Notes: generated from the sequence alone by a model not told the origin. 64,000 bases of DNA from Eledone cirrhosa (GCA_964016885.1 CAXHJY010000239.1:1-64000); one strand, 5' to 3'. Numbered from the stretch's first letter, positions 36,155-51,764 are shown. Made by a program: numbers and translations.

Positions 36155-37550
36155 AAGTTCAAATCCCACTGAGGTTAGCTTTGCCTTTCATCCTTACAGG
36201 GTCGATAAAATAAAGTACTAGTCACGTACTGGGGTCAATTTAATCGACCCCCCCCCCCCCCAAAAAAAAAAATTGCTGGTTTTGTGCCTATATAAGAAAC
36301 CATTATTATTATTATTAATGAGGGCGGTGGATTGGCAGTATCGGTAGAGGATTGGATGCGATGCTTTGCAGCATAGAGTTACGGACCTTTATGATCTGAG
36401 TTTCAAATCCCGCCTTATGGGGTTGATAATATAAAGTACGTCATGCACTGGGGTCGGTTTAAGCGACCTCCCCCTACCCAAAATTGCTGGCCTTGTGCTT
36501 ATATAAGAAACCATTATTATTATTATTATCGGTAGAGGGTCGGACATGCTTTCCAGCATAGTTACGTCCCTTTACAATCTGAGTTCAAATCCCGCCGAGG
36601 TTAATTTTACCTTTCATCCTTACGAGGTTGATAAAATAAAGTACCAGTAATGTACTGGGTAATTGCTGGCCTTGTGCCAAATGTAGCAACAATTATTATT
36701 ATTGGAGTGGTGGTTTGGCAGAGTTGTTAGAGCATCGGACAAAATGCTTTGCAGCATTTAGTTAGGACTTTCCACATTCTGAGTTCAAACCCTGCCGAGG
36801 TTAGCTTAGTCTTTCATCCTGATGGGGTCAATAAAATAAAGTACCTGTAATGCATTGAGGTCGATTTAATCGACTTTCCCCTCCCTCAAAAAATTTTAGC
36901 CTTGTCCCTAAATCAGAAACCATTATTATTAATAGGGTGGTGGATTGGCAGTATAGGTAGAGAGTCGGACGCCATGCTTTGCAGCAAAGAGTTACGGCCC
37001 TTTATGATCTGAGTTTAAATCCCGTCGAGGTTAACTTTGCCTTTCATCCTTACGGGAGTCGATAAAATAAAGTACCAGTAATACACTTGGTAATTGCTGG
37101 CCTTGTGCCAAAAGTAGAAACAATTGTTATTAATAGTAGTAAAGGGCGGTGGATTGGCAGTCGGACACCATGCTTTGCAGCATAGAGTTACGGCCCTTTA
37201 CGGTCCGATTTCAAATCCCGCCGAGGGTAGCTTTGCCGTTCATCCTTACGAGGTCGATAAATAAAGCACCAGTAATGCACTGGGGTCGATTTAATCGACT
37301 TTCTCCGCCCCTTCAAATTACTGGCCTTGTGCCTATACTAGAAATCATTATTATTAACGGTGGATTGGCAATATCTGTAGAGAGTCGGACACCATGCTTT
37401 GACGCATAGAGTTACGGCCCTTGCCAATCTGAGTTCAAATCCCGCCAAGGTTAACTTTGCCTTTCATCCTTACGGGGTCGGTAAAATAAAGTACCAGTAA
37501 TGTACTGGTTAATTGCGGCCTTGTGCCTAAAACAGAAACAATTATTATTA
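36155..37550 (+). mobile_element. Head-to-tail array of about seven SINE copies
   Basis: Units of ~170-230 bp separated by (ATT)n tails. Confidence 0.9.
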
Positions 37551-37551
37551 A

Positions 37552-37583
<32 letters not shown>

Positions 37584-38384
37584 ATATAGGAGTGTGGCAT
37601 TAATGTAGCTTTGCTCTATGTTCTAGTTAAGATTATATCTTATGTTATCTTCAGTGTTTCAAAAGAAGTCATCTTTTAAACTGTCTGTAGTTGTTTTTTT
37701 GTTTTTTTCCTGTAGTAGATGTCCTTCAGCTAACAAACATCTGATACCTATTAATATAGTAGTTAGTGCCATACAATCTCTTCAATTGCTAAGTGCCAAT
37801 TAATCTTATAATCTTACTTTGGTCTTTTTTTACTTAGTTTGAAGAAGAATCTTATATTATTAAAAATAAAAACAAAATCAAAACAAAAAAAAATAAAAAA
37901 GGAGAATTCTAGTTTTAATTGAACTGTACAAGACACACTGGTGGTGTCTCTTAAGCACTGTAATAGTTCTAATGACCGGATAAAACATGGTGATGGCTGC
38001 AAATAGTGTGGTGGGGGTGGCAGTAGGGGTGGTGGTGTTCATGTTGGTAGTAGTGGTGGTGGTGACAGTAGCAGTAGTTTCTTTTTGGGGGTTGGAGTAA
38101 TTATGATGGTAGTGGTGATGGTGGTGGGAGTGGAGGTAGTTTTGGTAATCGGGACTAAAATTTTCAAACCCTTTAAAAAAAAAAAAGAATTTAGAGAGTT
38201 TGGAACATAACTTAATAAAGGTTCTTACATAAAATTATAGTAGAAGATTTTTAGATAACCAGGTTTGACATTGACCAATATCTTCTAGAGTAGATGAAAG
38301 AGAGAGAAAGAGATGGGAAGAAAGAGAACCATAGTTTTTTTTTTCTTTTTTTTTTCTAATTAAACCTGACGGGTTGAAGGGCAA

Positions 38385-39135
38385 AAATTAATTAAATCAA
38401 CCCCAGAACTTTACAGGTACTTTATTTTATAACCTCCAGAAAAATGAAAGGCAAAATTGACTTTAGCAGTATTAGAATTCAGATTGCAGTTGGTTGGAAC
38501 AAATATTGATTTCAAATTTAGGTAGAAAGGTAAAGTTGAATATATAGACCCCAGTACTTGACTGATACTTTATTTTATTGAACCCAAAGGGATGAAAGGC
38601 AAAGCTGACCTTGGCTGTCTTTGAACTCATAGTGCAAAAGGCTGGAACAACTATTACCAGGTATTTCATCTGATACTCTAATGCTTGCTAATTCATAAGG
38701 GGCATAAACATAGCCACCTAAGAAATAATTATTTTTGAATTTAGGACAAGGCCAACAATTTGGGGGAAGGGGAAAATCGTTGATTATATTGACTTCAATA
38801 CTTTTCTAGTACTTTATTTTATTAACCCAGGATATCAAAAAGCAAAGTTAAGCACAACAGGATTTGAAATCAGATTGTAAAGGGCCATAACTAAATGCTA
38901 CATAGCATTTTGTCCAATGCTCTAATGATTCTGCCAATCTACCACCTCTAAGAAATGATGGTTTTTGATTTAGGCACAAAGCCAACAATTTTGGAAGAGA
39001 GGAAAGTCGATTAAATTGGCCCCAGAATGTTACTGGTACTTTAGTTTGTAGACCCCTTAAGGATGAAAGGAAAAGCTAACCTCAGTGAGATTTGAACTCA
39101 GAACATAAAGGGCCATAACAATATGCTGAAAAGCA
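38385..39135 (-). mobile_element. Cluster of three to four older SINE copies
   Basis: Repeated GTACTTTATTTTAT...GGATGAAAGGCAAAG...TTTGAACTC. Confidence 0.75.
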
Positions 39136-40537
39136 TATTATCTTAGAAATAATAAAAGCAGCAGCTGACTAGATATTCTATAATCCCAGTTAGAGATCCT
39201 CTCTACTTGTTGAGCAAGAATAGGCAGAAAGAGCAACCGATTCCTGAGAATGGGTATTGAAACTTGGTTTAGTTACAGTTTGTTGCTGCTGCTGCTGTTG
39301 TTGTTGTTGTTGTTCATCTTCTTCATCACCATCACCCCCCCCCCCCCCCCCCTCCATTCTCTCACTCCTCATTCTTCCCTCCCTCATCCTCCTAGCTAAA
39401 GTAAAATTACGAGAAGGTTTGATTCTGAGAAATATTTACATGAAACCCATTTTTGAGTTATGAGGAATAAACAAACAGATTTCAATTTTTGCTGTCCGGT
39501 TTATTAATTCTTTAGCCTTCATTTTGATTCATAAAAAAAAAAAAAACTGTCTCTTTGCAATTGTGTGTGTGTGTGTGTTTGTGTGAGAGAGAGTGATGTA
39601 GAGAATGTGTGTGAGTGGGTAAAGTGTGTTTGTGTACACTCATATAGACATATATAAACATACACATATACATGCGTCCATCTGCATGTATTTGTGTATA
39701 TCTAGGTGTCTTTGTGTGTATTCTCTGTGTTATGTGTGTGTATATGTGTTTATATGTATGCGTATGTGTGGTGTATACATGTGTCTATATATTTGCACAC
39801 AGCTGCATGTATTTATAAACATACACAAAAAGCTACATTCACATGTCTTTATGCGAATCTATTTATCTGTGTGTATGTACATATGTAAATGTGGATATAT
39901 ATACACACACATATATATATATATATATGAGTGTATGCATATTATTGTATGTTTGCATATGAATATATATGATAAGCTTATGTATGTGTACATGTATGAA
40001 TATATGTCTAATTCTTTTCTTCCCATATTGCTTCAGGCCCCAAAATAAATGTCTTTTTTAAAACACCTTAGTATTTGTTATATTTCCTACAGAGAGGCTT
40101 AAAATGTCTAAATAACCCTCCCCTCATAACCTACACCACCTCCAGCTCATGAAATACTTAAGAAGATATTCATGAGATTATCTCCTTAACTTCTTTAAAT
40201 CCACTTTAATCTCCGAATATGTTTAATTACTGCTGTTGGTAGATCAACATCAATATGAACAACTGCAACAACAACAACAACACTAATAAAGAAAAAGATT
40301 CAGTTTCATTTTCCCATGAGCAGCTGAAGTAACTAAGCAATCCACATATATTGTTGTTTAACCCTTTCATTACTATATTTCTATATGAAAGACACTGTCT
40401 ATATATTTCAATTAATTTTGAAAATAATCAGGAATTTGGAAGGATTTAGTAAAACAACTAACTTTTTGTTATCGTGATGATGTTTGGAGCATAATTTAAG
40501 AAAAAGTTCTCACATAAAATTATGATGAAATGCTTAA

Positions 40538-40745
40538 CCCTTTAGCATTTAAACCAGCCGTATCTGGTCAGAGTTCTCTCATCTCTTTCTGTTCAAACCT
40601 GCCCCTAATACTAATGTTAAGGTATTGTTCTCAAAATAAATATCAAAATCTCAGAGATTCGATATTATGTGAGATAATTATGTGAGATAAAGCCTTTACT
40701 ATGAAAATACAATAGTAAATATAGAGTAAAGTAAATGCTAAAGGG
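40538..40745. mobile_element. piggyBac-type MITE (other copies 45058-45272 and 50416-50623)
   Basis: TTAA target sites, TIR CCCTTTAGCATTTA. Confidence 0.85.
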
Positions 40746-42258
40746 TTAAATATATGTATGAACACTTTAAAAGAAGCAATTTTGTATCGTAGAACCAGGG
40801 ACAGTTTCAGGCAGGTTGGTATCATAAGGGTTACATTCTTACTAAGATAAAATTCCGCAATAATGTTTGCTCCTATAGAATAAAAAGACCCTTGTAGTGT
40901 TTACCTCCATATCACCTCTCAGAACAGACAATCTAGAGTACCTTGAATAATAGTGAATAACCACCAAAATGAGTCATTCATTTTTGGTGCTTTTTTTTTA
41001 GTTTTATCATAGGAAGAAGTGTACAAGGGTTAGCTGAAAAGTTCATAGGCTGATTATGAAGGAATAATGCTAGAGCTGTGAAAAATTGCATAAAATAAAG
41101 TACCAGTAATGCACTGGGATAATTGCTGGCCTTATGCCCAAAGTAGAAACAATTAATTTTATGTCTTTTTATTAACAACTGTATTGTTTCTTTTGAGGGA
41201 CTATATTGAAGAAATAAACCTCATTTGATCAATCTGTGATAGTATATTGGTGAACCTATGAACTTCTCATGACCTTTGAAACTGGTAGGAGAAAGAGAAG
41301 TTATCTTTAGACCTAGCTCAAATGTTTGTGACAGTAAATTCTGCTTAAGACATACAAGAGCAAGTTGGTGACAGATTAAATCTACCACCTAAAAACAGTT
41401 ACGTCCCTCCCACCAGCTTCCACATAACTTCCATCTATGAAAGTGTGTCAATAACTGTGAATAAACTAATCATTGGAAAGATGCACAGGGGATAGTACAA
41501 CAATTTGACTACAAAACATATGAAAAATACACATAGAAAGGTTTTATGATTTAGGCAAACAACATAATTATGAGTGAACATACAAATAAAGTCCTATGAC
41601 TGGGACAAAACATGAACCCTGGTCATATGATCTATCTATATGTATGTTTATTTTGCTTTGACCTTATTTTCTTGTATCATTCTCAGATAAAAGTCTAAAA
41701 TAACTTCTTTCTTTTTACTCCTATGCACAACTTTTCCTGATTCTGCTATTGTGTTTTGTCTCACTAGTAAGACATTCACTTGTAACTTCATTGCTAACTG
41801 CATCGTTTGTCCAAGTCATTAGACCTTTCTATATGAAAACGTTTTGTCCTAATTGGAAGTCTTTTTTCTTATATTCACTCATAATCCTGATGTTCATTGT
41901 GTTGTTTATTCAGGTTGTAAGACCTTTCTAGATGTATTTTCCATATGTTTTGTGGTAATTTTATTGTTGTACTGTCTCCTATGCATCTTTCCTAGCAGCT
42001 GGTTTATTCATAGCTATTGATACCCAGAGACAGAGTAGTGATTCTCCCTTAGTGTACAAAATCACAATTATCCACTTCCAGAGATGGCTAATGAGGAAGT
42101 ATCAATGTTTTTTGTCTAATTAATTTATTATCCTTAGTATTAGTTTTTCTTTTCTTATGTTCATTTGTGAAAATGTTTACATATGTAAATAACACCATGC
42201 AGAATTCATATAGACACATGTGCACACACACACACAAACACACACACTCACATATATA

Positions 42259-42448
42259 CAAGGGTCCGCAGAAAAGTTCATAAGCTGACCAACATACTCT
42301 CTTGACCAAATAAGGTTTATTTTTCAACATAGTCCCTGGAAAGAAACAATGCAGTTGTTAATAAAAAGAGTTGACATTAATGCATGTAAGACACAACTCT
42401 AGTAGCACTCCTTCATATACAGCCTATCAACTTTTCAGCCTACCGTCA
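42259..42448 (-). mobile_element. Mariner-derived MITE (other copies ~41024-41277 and ~46942-47120)
   Basis: Mariner-like TIR with AAAAGTTCATA(A/G)GCTGA; retains GGGACTATGTTGAAAAATAA (GDYVEK*) from the transposase end. Confidence 0.7.
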
Positions 42449-42589
42449 TATATATACATATATACATAAATACACACACCACACATATTGTTGATCTCAA
42501 GATATACAATATTCAATATCACAGTCTAAATTAGTTTACATTCTATACAGCTTCTGAAAAGTTCTTGCTTCGATTTATATTTTGCTTAA

Positions 42590-42796
42590 CTTTTAACATC
42601 CTGTAAGAGTGAGAAAATATCTAAAAACAGGTTTGTTAATTCAAATGTTTACTATATCTTTGCTAGTGGATAGACTAATGTGAAAAATTGCACAATTATA
42701 ATAAAGACTTTCATTTTTAATGCAATGCCATCATAGTTCTGTTTTGCACTTTTAAGTTGTGTTAATGTGGTTTCATGCAGTACAGGACATTAAGAG
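42590..42796. mobile_element. Second TTAA-flanked MITE family (fragments near 20050, 25745, 26270, 43940, 44052)
   Basis: TIR CT(C/T)TTAACATCCTGTA / TACAGGACATTAAGAG with TTAA flanks. Confidence 0.7.
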
Positions 42797-45700
42797 TTAA
42801 ATTTTTAACTGGATAAGGTATTGGACTTAACTGAAAATGATGTATGGTATATGTCACTTAATCCAATAGGTCACTACATCAAGAACAAGTTAGTCTAGCC
42901 AAACCTGTCCCATTTCAAGCTGTTGTCTATTTCTCAAATTACAAGTAAACAAGTCAACAAAGTAACTACTATATGATCACTCAACTTGCTAGAAAGAGCA
43001 GTAAAATATCTCCCTGTTATCTTACAATGTAAATTGGTTGGTGATAGGAAGAACATTCAGCTGTAGAAAACTTGTAAAACAAAGAGTCAAGAAGACTGAT
43101 CAGTTGTCAAAGACATGATGAACTCCTTAGTGCTGGTGGTATGATTGCATGGCATCTCAGTAGAATGTGGGAACATATATAAATGAGATGGGTCCTGGCT
43201 CATCTGAAGGAGCAGTGACTCTAATTAAGTACTGACTTGGTTTGTGACAACTTATCCAACACTTGCTAGCAGGGAAAATAGACATTGAATCATAATGATA
43301 ATAATAATTGTTTCTACTTTAGGCACAAGGCCAGCAATTACCCAGTGCATTACTGGTACTTTATTTTATCGACCCCGTAAGGATGAAAGGCAAAGTTAAC
43401 CTCGGAGGGATTTGAATTCAGATTGTAAAAGGACGTAACTATGCTGGAAAGCATGGCGTCCGACCCTCTACCGATACTGCCAATCCACCGCCCATAATGA
43501 TAATAATAATGATGATGATTGTGGTGGTAGTGATGAAGAATGTAATGGTTATGTTTATTTGCTCAATCACAGTAAAATTGGGAAGAGAAACCACAAACAT
43601 GAGACATAAACTAAATTTAATTACTGTCATTGGAAGAACATTATACAAGTGGCTGAGCACACCACATATATATGCACCCTTAATGTAGTTCTCGGAGAGA
43701 TTTAATGTGTTATGGCTGGCCCTTTGAATTATAGGTGCATCTCATTTTTGTCAGCTGAACAGACTAGAGCAATGTAAAATAAAGTGCCTTGTTCAAGAGT
43801 ACAATGTACCCCAAACCCTAATCATTAAGCCCTGTAACTTCACTCCATTTAGTATTGGTCTACTATTTCAGAGCCATAAGTTCTCATCTACCCTACATAA
43901 TGTTTAGTTTGTGAGAAATATTATTGATAACATTATTTAAACTCTTAACATCTTGTAATGATTCAGCAGAAATCTAAAACAAGGTTTGTTAATTCAAACG
44001 TTTATAGTAGCTTTACTAGTGGGTAGATTGCTGGGAAAATTTGTAGTATTTTCTCTTAACATTCTGTAATGATTTAGCAGAAAATATCTAAAACCTGGTT
44101 TATTAATTCAAAAGTTTATAATATCATTACTAGTGGACAGATCACTGTTAAAATTTGCAATAAACTAAAATAAAAACTTTAATGTGATGCAATCATAGTG
44201 CGGTTCTGTACTTTTCGAGAATGTCTTGGTAATGCAGTTTTGTTGAGAGTTAATTTCAAAAGAATCAGTTAAAAGATTACTTTTGTCTCAGTTCATCTAG
44301 GTGGAAATAGGTATTCTGTCTGAGAATGTTACCTGTAATACACTTATTTCTTATCCAGGAGGAAAGTTATCACTTATCACATCAAGTATCTCAGAATCTT
44401 GAACTAACATAGTTTCCATTCTTTTTATTTAACAGCTTCTTTTAACAATTATTTTTTTCAGAATATATATAAACATTTTTTTTTTTAGATGTTGACAAGG
44501 TTTTGACAGGCCACATTGTAAAGTGGTAGTGCTGGTGCCACTATACACTGCTCCCAGTGCACACTCTAAAGTGATCGTGCTGGTGCCATAATAAAATGCA
44601 CCTAGCCTATTGTGTAAATTGATAGTGTTAGTACCATGAAAAATGCATGCAATCCATTCAGTCAGATAGTAGTGGTGGTAATGTCATAAGAAAACAAACT
44701 TGTGAATTGGTTGGCATTAGGAAGGGCGTCCAGCCATAGAAACCATACCAAACTGGAATGTATGAGCAAGACATAATTGTCTGACCTACCTCACTTGTCT
44801 CTTAACATGACAACCTGTGTAATCCATGAAAGCATGAAAAATAGACACAAAGTGTTGATGATGATGATGTTGACAAACTAATATGTAAAATTTTACAGGA
44901 TAAATATTTTATATTAACTTATAACAGAACACAGAACTACTGTTTGATTGAAGAAAAGTGACTTTTACACATTCTGGCATTAAAGAAAATAGACCATTGA
45001 AAAAAAAAAAAAAATCAGCCACACTATCACCTAGCTAATTGAGCATTGGTTGCACATCCCTTTAGCATTTAAACTGGCCATATCTGGTCAGAATTCTCTC
45101 ACCCCTTTCTGTTCAAACCAGCTGTAACCAGCCACTCATACCAACGTTAAGGTATTGTTTTATCAAAGTAAGTAATATCAAAATCATAGATTCGATTTTA
45201 AATGAGATAATTATATGAGGCTTTTACTACGAAAATACAATAGTAAATATAGGGTAATGTAAATGCTAAGGGATATTCTAGCCACATCCATTGGCTAATT
45301 CAGCCAATGAGGGTGTCTGTATGTGCTCACTTAAACTATAAGAAATAGCAATCAAATCTCCTTCAATCATATCTTAGAAAAAACGGAAGAAAACAGTATG
45401 ATTTAATCATAGATAGTCTTTATATGAAAAAGATGTGATGGTCATAGTTAGAATACTTTTGATAATAAGTTTGCTTGATCAGAGCTGACCTGGGGTTAAA
45501 CAATACTAACAACATCAACAGCTGACTCCTAGTAGATTATAACCTATTGTTTGATCAGCCAGGATAGAATAGAATAATATTTGGTCTATGTGAAATACTG
45601 ATCTTCCAATCAAATCTATTGACCAAAATCTTCTATGTGTTTTGTGCTAGATCATTTATTGCAGTATTTCACTATGATATTGCATGTATTGCAATTTTAC

Positions 45701-47179
45701 ACTTCAATATTGCATGTGCTGCACTAAAATCAATGGGATGTTACAGGCCTGCAATGCAATGAAAGGCCTGGAAGGGAATTAATTATTGCCTGGAATGTGA
45801 TACTAGTGAATTCCAAAACCTTATCTTCAGCAACATGCCAGGGGTAAAAATAATATTTAAAAAAATTTCTTTTAGATGTAGTATGATATGAAGTTATTGT
45901 GCAGAAGATTAGAATTAGATCTGGAATGGTTTATTTTATATCGTCAATAGCTGTGCCCCTTATAATGAATTCATTTAGTTACCAGCTATAATAATCCTTT
46001 CTAACATTGGCACAAGGCCAGTAACTTAGGGGAAGGAAAAAGTTGATTAAATTGCCCCAGTACTTAACTGGTACTTTATTTTATAGAACTTGGAAGGATG
46101 AAAGACAATGTTGACCTCAGTGCTATTTGAACTTAGAACATAAAGAGCCAGAACAAATACTGGTGATCTGACAACTCTGCCAATCCACTACCTTGATATC
46201 AACAATAACAATAATAATAATAACAAAATCTTTGTGCACTTAGATATAGGTTTGTTAGTTTTCAGAAATATTAATGTAAGTTTTCTCTTATTGTGAAAAC
46301 ATTCTTGTATTCTTGTGAATAAAATAAGATAGAAAATTAAACTAGGAAAATAAATTAATACATCTAGCTGTAAAAATCAAATGAATGTTCAGATAAAATA
46401 TTATGTATAGATTCCAATGAGATGCAAGTCACATTACAAGCTCTCGAGGGAGGGCAGTAACTTTGAATATGAACTGATACAGGGTAAAAACCATACTAAC
46501 AATAGAATATGTGAGACATGGACTCTTGTAACTGCATCATAGGCTACCTGTCTTTGAGGGTTGTAACTCTAAATAAAAGCTGATACAGGGTAGAGGAGAA
46601 TTTTAACCTTTTGGATACCAACTGGCCCCAAACATCCTGTTTCTATGAAACAAAACCACCCATTTTAAAGGGTTCCTATTTAAGTTAAAACATTCCAACA
46701 TAATTTTATATAAGAACATTTTGCTATGTTATAAATTCCTCCTTAATGAAATTATAATTTTAGTAAATCCTTCCCCAATTCTTCATTCATTAATTAAAAT
46801 ACAAAGTATTTCATTAGAAATACAGTAATAAAATGATCACATCCTCTTGCAGGGTACAACTTCTTTAGTGCCAGAAGCACAACAAAATATATCCAATCCA
46901 TACACAACAACAAAGTTGGCTGCGTTTCTTTTTTGTAGTATCAGGGTAGGCAGCAAAGTTCATAGGCTGACTATGAAGGAGTGATGCTAGAGCTGTGAAA
47001 TCTTGTATGCATTAATTTAAACTCTTCTAGTTAATAACTGCATTGTTTCTTTCTAGGGACTATGTTGAAAAATACACCTCATTTGGTCATTCCATGAGAG
47101 TATCTTGATCAGCCTATTATCATATAAGTGACTATAGAGAACCTGACTGAATCAATTGGCTCTAAATATGGACGTAGCT

Positions 47180-47445
47180 AAAGTAAACAGCCATTGCTGA
47201 ATCAGCCAGGTGGCAGTGTTGCTGTTTTTTTAATGGGTATATCTACTTTAACACTTTCATAACTGTCACTAGATGCAAAGTGCCGAGTAGGATGTCCAAA
47301 TATAACCACCAGGACTCTGTTGGCAAGGAATGCTAGCCTCACTGAACAGGATCTTCTTGCTGCGATGAGGTTGGGAAGTCTGGAACAAGAACTGTGTGCA
47401 TGTTTCACCTTCGATAGAGGAATGACTCAAGAAGAAGTTATATTG
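47180..47445 (+). mobile_element. Degraded RTE-like LINE 3' end
   Basis: KCRVGCPNITTRTLLARNASLTEQDLLAAM resembles the RRGRP...QDM C-terminus at 3252-3402. Confidence 0.45.
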
Positions 47446-48606
47446 TAGGGTGGCAAATTGGCAGAGTCATTAGAATGTCAGATAGAATGCTTTGTAGTAT
47501 TTCTTCCCATTAGAATGTCAGATAGAATGCTTTGTAGTATTTCTTCCCATTAGAATGTCAGATAGAATGCTTTGTAGTATTTCTTCCAGCTGTCTGCACT
47601 CTGTGTTCAAAACCCATCAAGGTAAACTTTACCTTTCATCCTTTTGAGGTTGATAAAAAAAAGTATCAGTCTAGTACTGGGGTTCAATTCTTCTATACTT
47701 TTTTCTCATTTCCTCTCTATCCTTCATTGGCAGAAATCAGCTGTGTTGAGAACGGAAGAGGAAATGAGCTCTGCCAGGTTTTAAAATGCTCAGGTAACAC
47801 TGTATGTCATGATGATGCCTATATGATGCTGCAGGTCTGTACCAGTTGTATTGTAAATATTTATTGCAGCCACTACTATTGTAATTTAATGATTAGTATA
47901 TTTGACTTCATCAGAAAATAGGAGCATCTTGTAAACATCCTGACAGTTTATAAAGGAATTTGGGATGAGGGTGGATAGTAGTTCAACTTTGCTACTATAA
48001 GGAGGATACCAATATATAAATTACAACTAATGGTAGTGGATTGGCAGAATTGGTAGAGTGTCAGAGATAAAATGCCATTGTGAGATTTGTTCTGGCTCTT
48101 TAGATTTAGAATTTAAATCCTACCGAGGTCAACTTGGCCTTTTATCCTTCCAGGATTGATAAAACAAAGTATCAGTGAAGTACTGGGTGGATCTAAGCAA
48201 CTTTGCCCCTCTCCCAATATACAAAGTACAGTAGAGTGCTAGATACATTAACTCTTGTCTGGCATCTAAGAGATTGAGTTTTACTGAGGTAAAAGCAATA
48301 TCAACATCTCTCTTGATTTATATAATAGTATTTGTATTGATTTATTTATATATAATCAATTGTGAAAATGTTTGATGTTAAAGTGGATAATTTTTTTTTT
48401 TTTAAATTTTAAATATAATATTGGATGCAAGAAATGTATACAGATCAATTTAACAGTGGTAGCAGCAGCAGCAATCACAGATCAACAATCAAAGCTATTT
48501 ATGGAAATATACATGAAACTTTCCCACAATTATTCAAGCTCTATTGTTATAACATTTTACACCTTGTCGGTAAAAGTGACCAAACATTAGTCAATATAAT
48601 ACTGGT

Positions 48607-48642
<36 letters not shown>

Positions 48643-48943
48643 GGGGGGGGGGGGGTAATCATCATCATTATTATCATCATCACCATTTTATATCTGCTTT
48701 TCTATGTTTGCATATATATACAAACACACATGTATGTGTGTGTATATGTGTTTTTGTATACGTTGCACCTTTCTCCATAAGAATATGAAATACAACACCA
48801 GCATGTGATTTATCCTTAGGACTTACAAAATCTCAATTCAAAATATATGATACATTTTAAATGTTGAATGCAAAATGGAGGTTTGACTTAACTACTGGAG
48901 GTACTTATACACAAGTGTATATATATATATATATGTATATACA

Positions 48944-48988
<45 letters not shown>

Positions 48989-51685
48989 ATATGTGTGTGA
49001 GTGTTACAGTTTGGTTATTAATTTTTATAACTTAGTTATTCTGATTCCAGTTCACAGACTTTGTTCATAATTCAATAATTGTGTTATATCAGACAGCATC
49101 TGGACACTGAGAACTGGAACATTTTAATTGCTACACGCATAATTGTACAAATTGACCTGATTGAGAGGATAATGTTTTTGTGAGCAGCTCAGTGCACTAC
49201 CTAAGACAGAAAAAAAAAGAGGGTTTTAAAAAAGATTGTACAGTACTTGGTGATAGGAAAGGCACTTTACCAAAGAAAGGGCCAAGAAGACTCTTCAGTT
49301 GCATCAAAAACATAACTTCCCTAATACTGGCTATGCAATAAAACTCAGCCAGTACACTCTGTAGAGTAGGTGCAACATATGTGAGATTTACCCACTGGCT
49401 TGTCTGTGAGGTCAGTAGCCCAGCTAAGTACTGACTTCGTCTTTGGTGGCCTGTCCAACCCTTGCTTGCTAGCAGGGAAAAATGGACATTACATGAAGAT
49501 GATGGGGATGATTAGGATGATCATGATAATAATGATGATAATGATGTGATCTCATGTACTATTGGAGATAAAGAGGATTAGTTTTCTATTATAATTCTAT
49601 TCATATCTAGGATGCTTTACAGGAATATTAAATTGACATCAGTACTTGACTATTGCTTTATTTTATCAACTGAATAAGGATGAAAGGTAAAGTTGACCTC
49701 AGTAGGTTTTGAACTCAGATTATAAAGGGCGATAACTAAAATACCAAAGACATTTTATTTGATGCTCTACCAAAGATTCTGCCACATAAACTCACACCGA
49801 AATAGCTTACTGAAATTAATGTTCATATTACTGTTGGTTAATATTGAACATAGTAGAACTGAGTGGTGGATTGGCAGAATTGGTAAACATTGCCATTGTT
49901 ATATTTGTTCTGGGTCTATACATTCTGAGTTCAAATCCTGACAAGGTCAACTTTAACTTTCATCTTCTGGGGTTGATAAAATAAACAACCAATTAAGTAC
50001 TGGGGTTGATTTAATCAACCTTGCCCTTTCCCCAAAATTGCTGGCCTTGTGCTTAAATTAGAAATAAATATTAAATGTATCCAACCCATGCAAGCATGGA
50101 AAAACAGACAACAAGGATGATGATGATGATGATTATAACCTCTCCATTGTGTGAGCATCATAGGGTGCTGGTAAGATACAGATGAAGCTGAGATATTAGA
50201 CTACACTGTGGCTTTACTTTCTGGTTATAACACTTAATGAAGATGAAACCCTTGTTATCTAAGGACTGGTTAAAATGTATGATGTGTTTTCATACCAATA
50301 TGTTTTTTCTTTTGATTTAGACTTAAACATTTCTGTACTGTCTGATATTATAAGATCTTTCTCTAGCTGAGAGGCTCAACAGGCTAGAGCTTATCTTGGT
50401 TTCATATGACTTTAACCCTTTAGCATTTACATTACTCTATATTTACTATTGTATTTTCACAGTACAGGCTTTATCTCACATAATATTGAAGCTATGAGAT
50501 TTTGATGTTATTTATTTTGAGAACAATACCTTATCATTGGTATGAGTGGCCAGTTACAGCCGGTTTGAACAGAAAGAGGTGAGAGAGTTCTGGCCAGATA
50601 TGGTTGTTTTAAATGCTAAAGGATTAAGTAATTGAAAAAAAAGATTTTAATTTAAATAGGAATCTTTTAAAATGGGTGGTTTTGTTTTTATAGAGTCAGA
50701 GGCAGTTTTGGGCAGATTGGTATCTAAAAGGTTAATTATGGTTTTAGATGTTATTTGGCTGAAAGTAAACTAAATACATTATTGTGTTTAGTTTCAACTG
50801 TAGGTTGTATAAATCTTGCTGGCAGCATAATTACAGTTTATATAATTGAAAAGTAGGTTATACATGTAAGTAAGGAGATCCGTGATGTCTGAAGTAGAAA
50901 TATATATACAATGGGCTTCTGCACAGTTTCATTCTACCAAATTCCGCTCAGAAGGTATTGATCAGCAAGGGGCTATGATAGAAGGCATTTGCCCAAGGTT
51001 CAGGAGAGTGCGACTTTGCCAGGAAGCATATAATAGAACTTTTAAACCACACAACCATGCCTGCATCTCTCATCATAGGTTTACCTGATTGTGGCTGACC
51101 TGGGGCTAAACAACAACGACTGTATGTGGAGATTTTTACTGGAAAAGAAATCTACAGTAAAAAATACTACTGATGATGATGATAATGACGATGATGGTGC
51201 TGGCGGTGGACTGGTGGGTTTGGGGTGATGGTGGTGATGGTGGTGGTTGTGGTGGTGGTGGTGCTGGACATGGGGGGGGGGGGTTAATGGTGGGTTTGGT
51301 GTGGTGGTGAGGTATTGGTGGTGGGTTTGGGTGGTGGTGGTGGTGCATCTGTGTTATTGTTTGTATATCTTCAAAACAATCTAATGCAATCAGACTATAT
51401 GAGTGTTGCTACAATAAAACTTCTCTATCTATCATCTGTGGTGTTTTTTTTTTTGTAGTGGATTGGGGGTGGGGACCTGCTATCATTTTATCCGAGACAA
51501 AAAACACAAACATATATTCATGCATGTACATACACATACACACATACTCACATACACACATACACACATTCTGACACATTGAGAATATTCATATACAAAT
51601 CTGAAATCATATATTCACACTATACACGCATTCATGCGTTTTGAAACAGAAAATTATTGAATACATATATAAATATATTATAATA

Positions 51686-51764
<79 letters not shown>

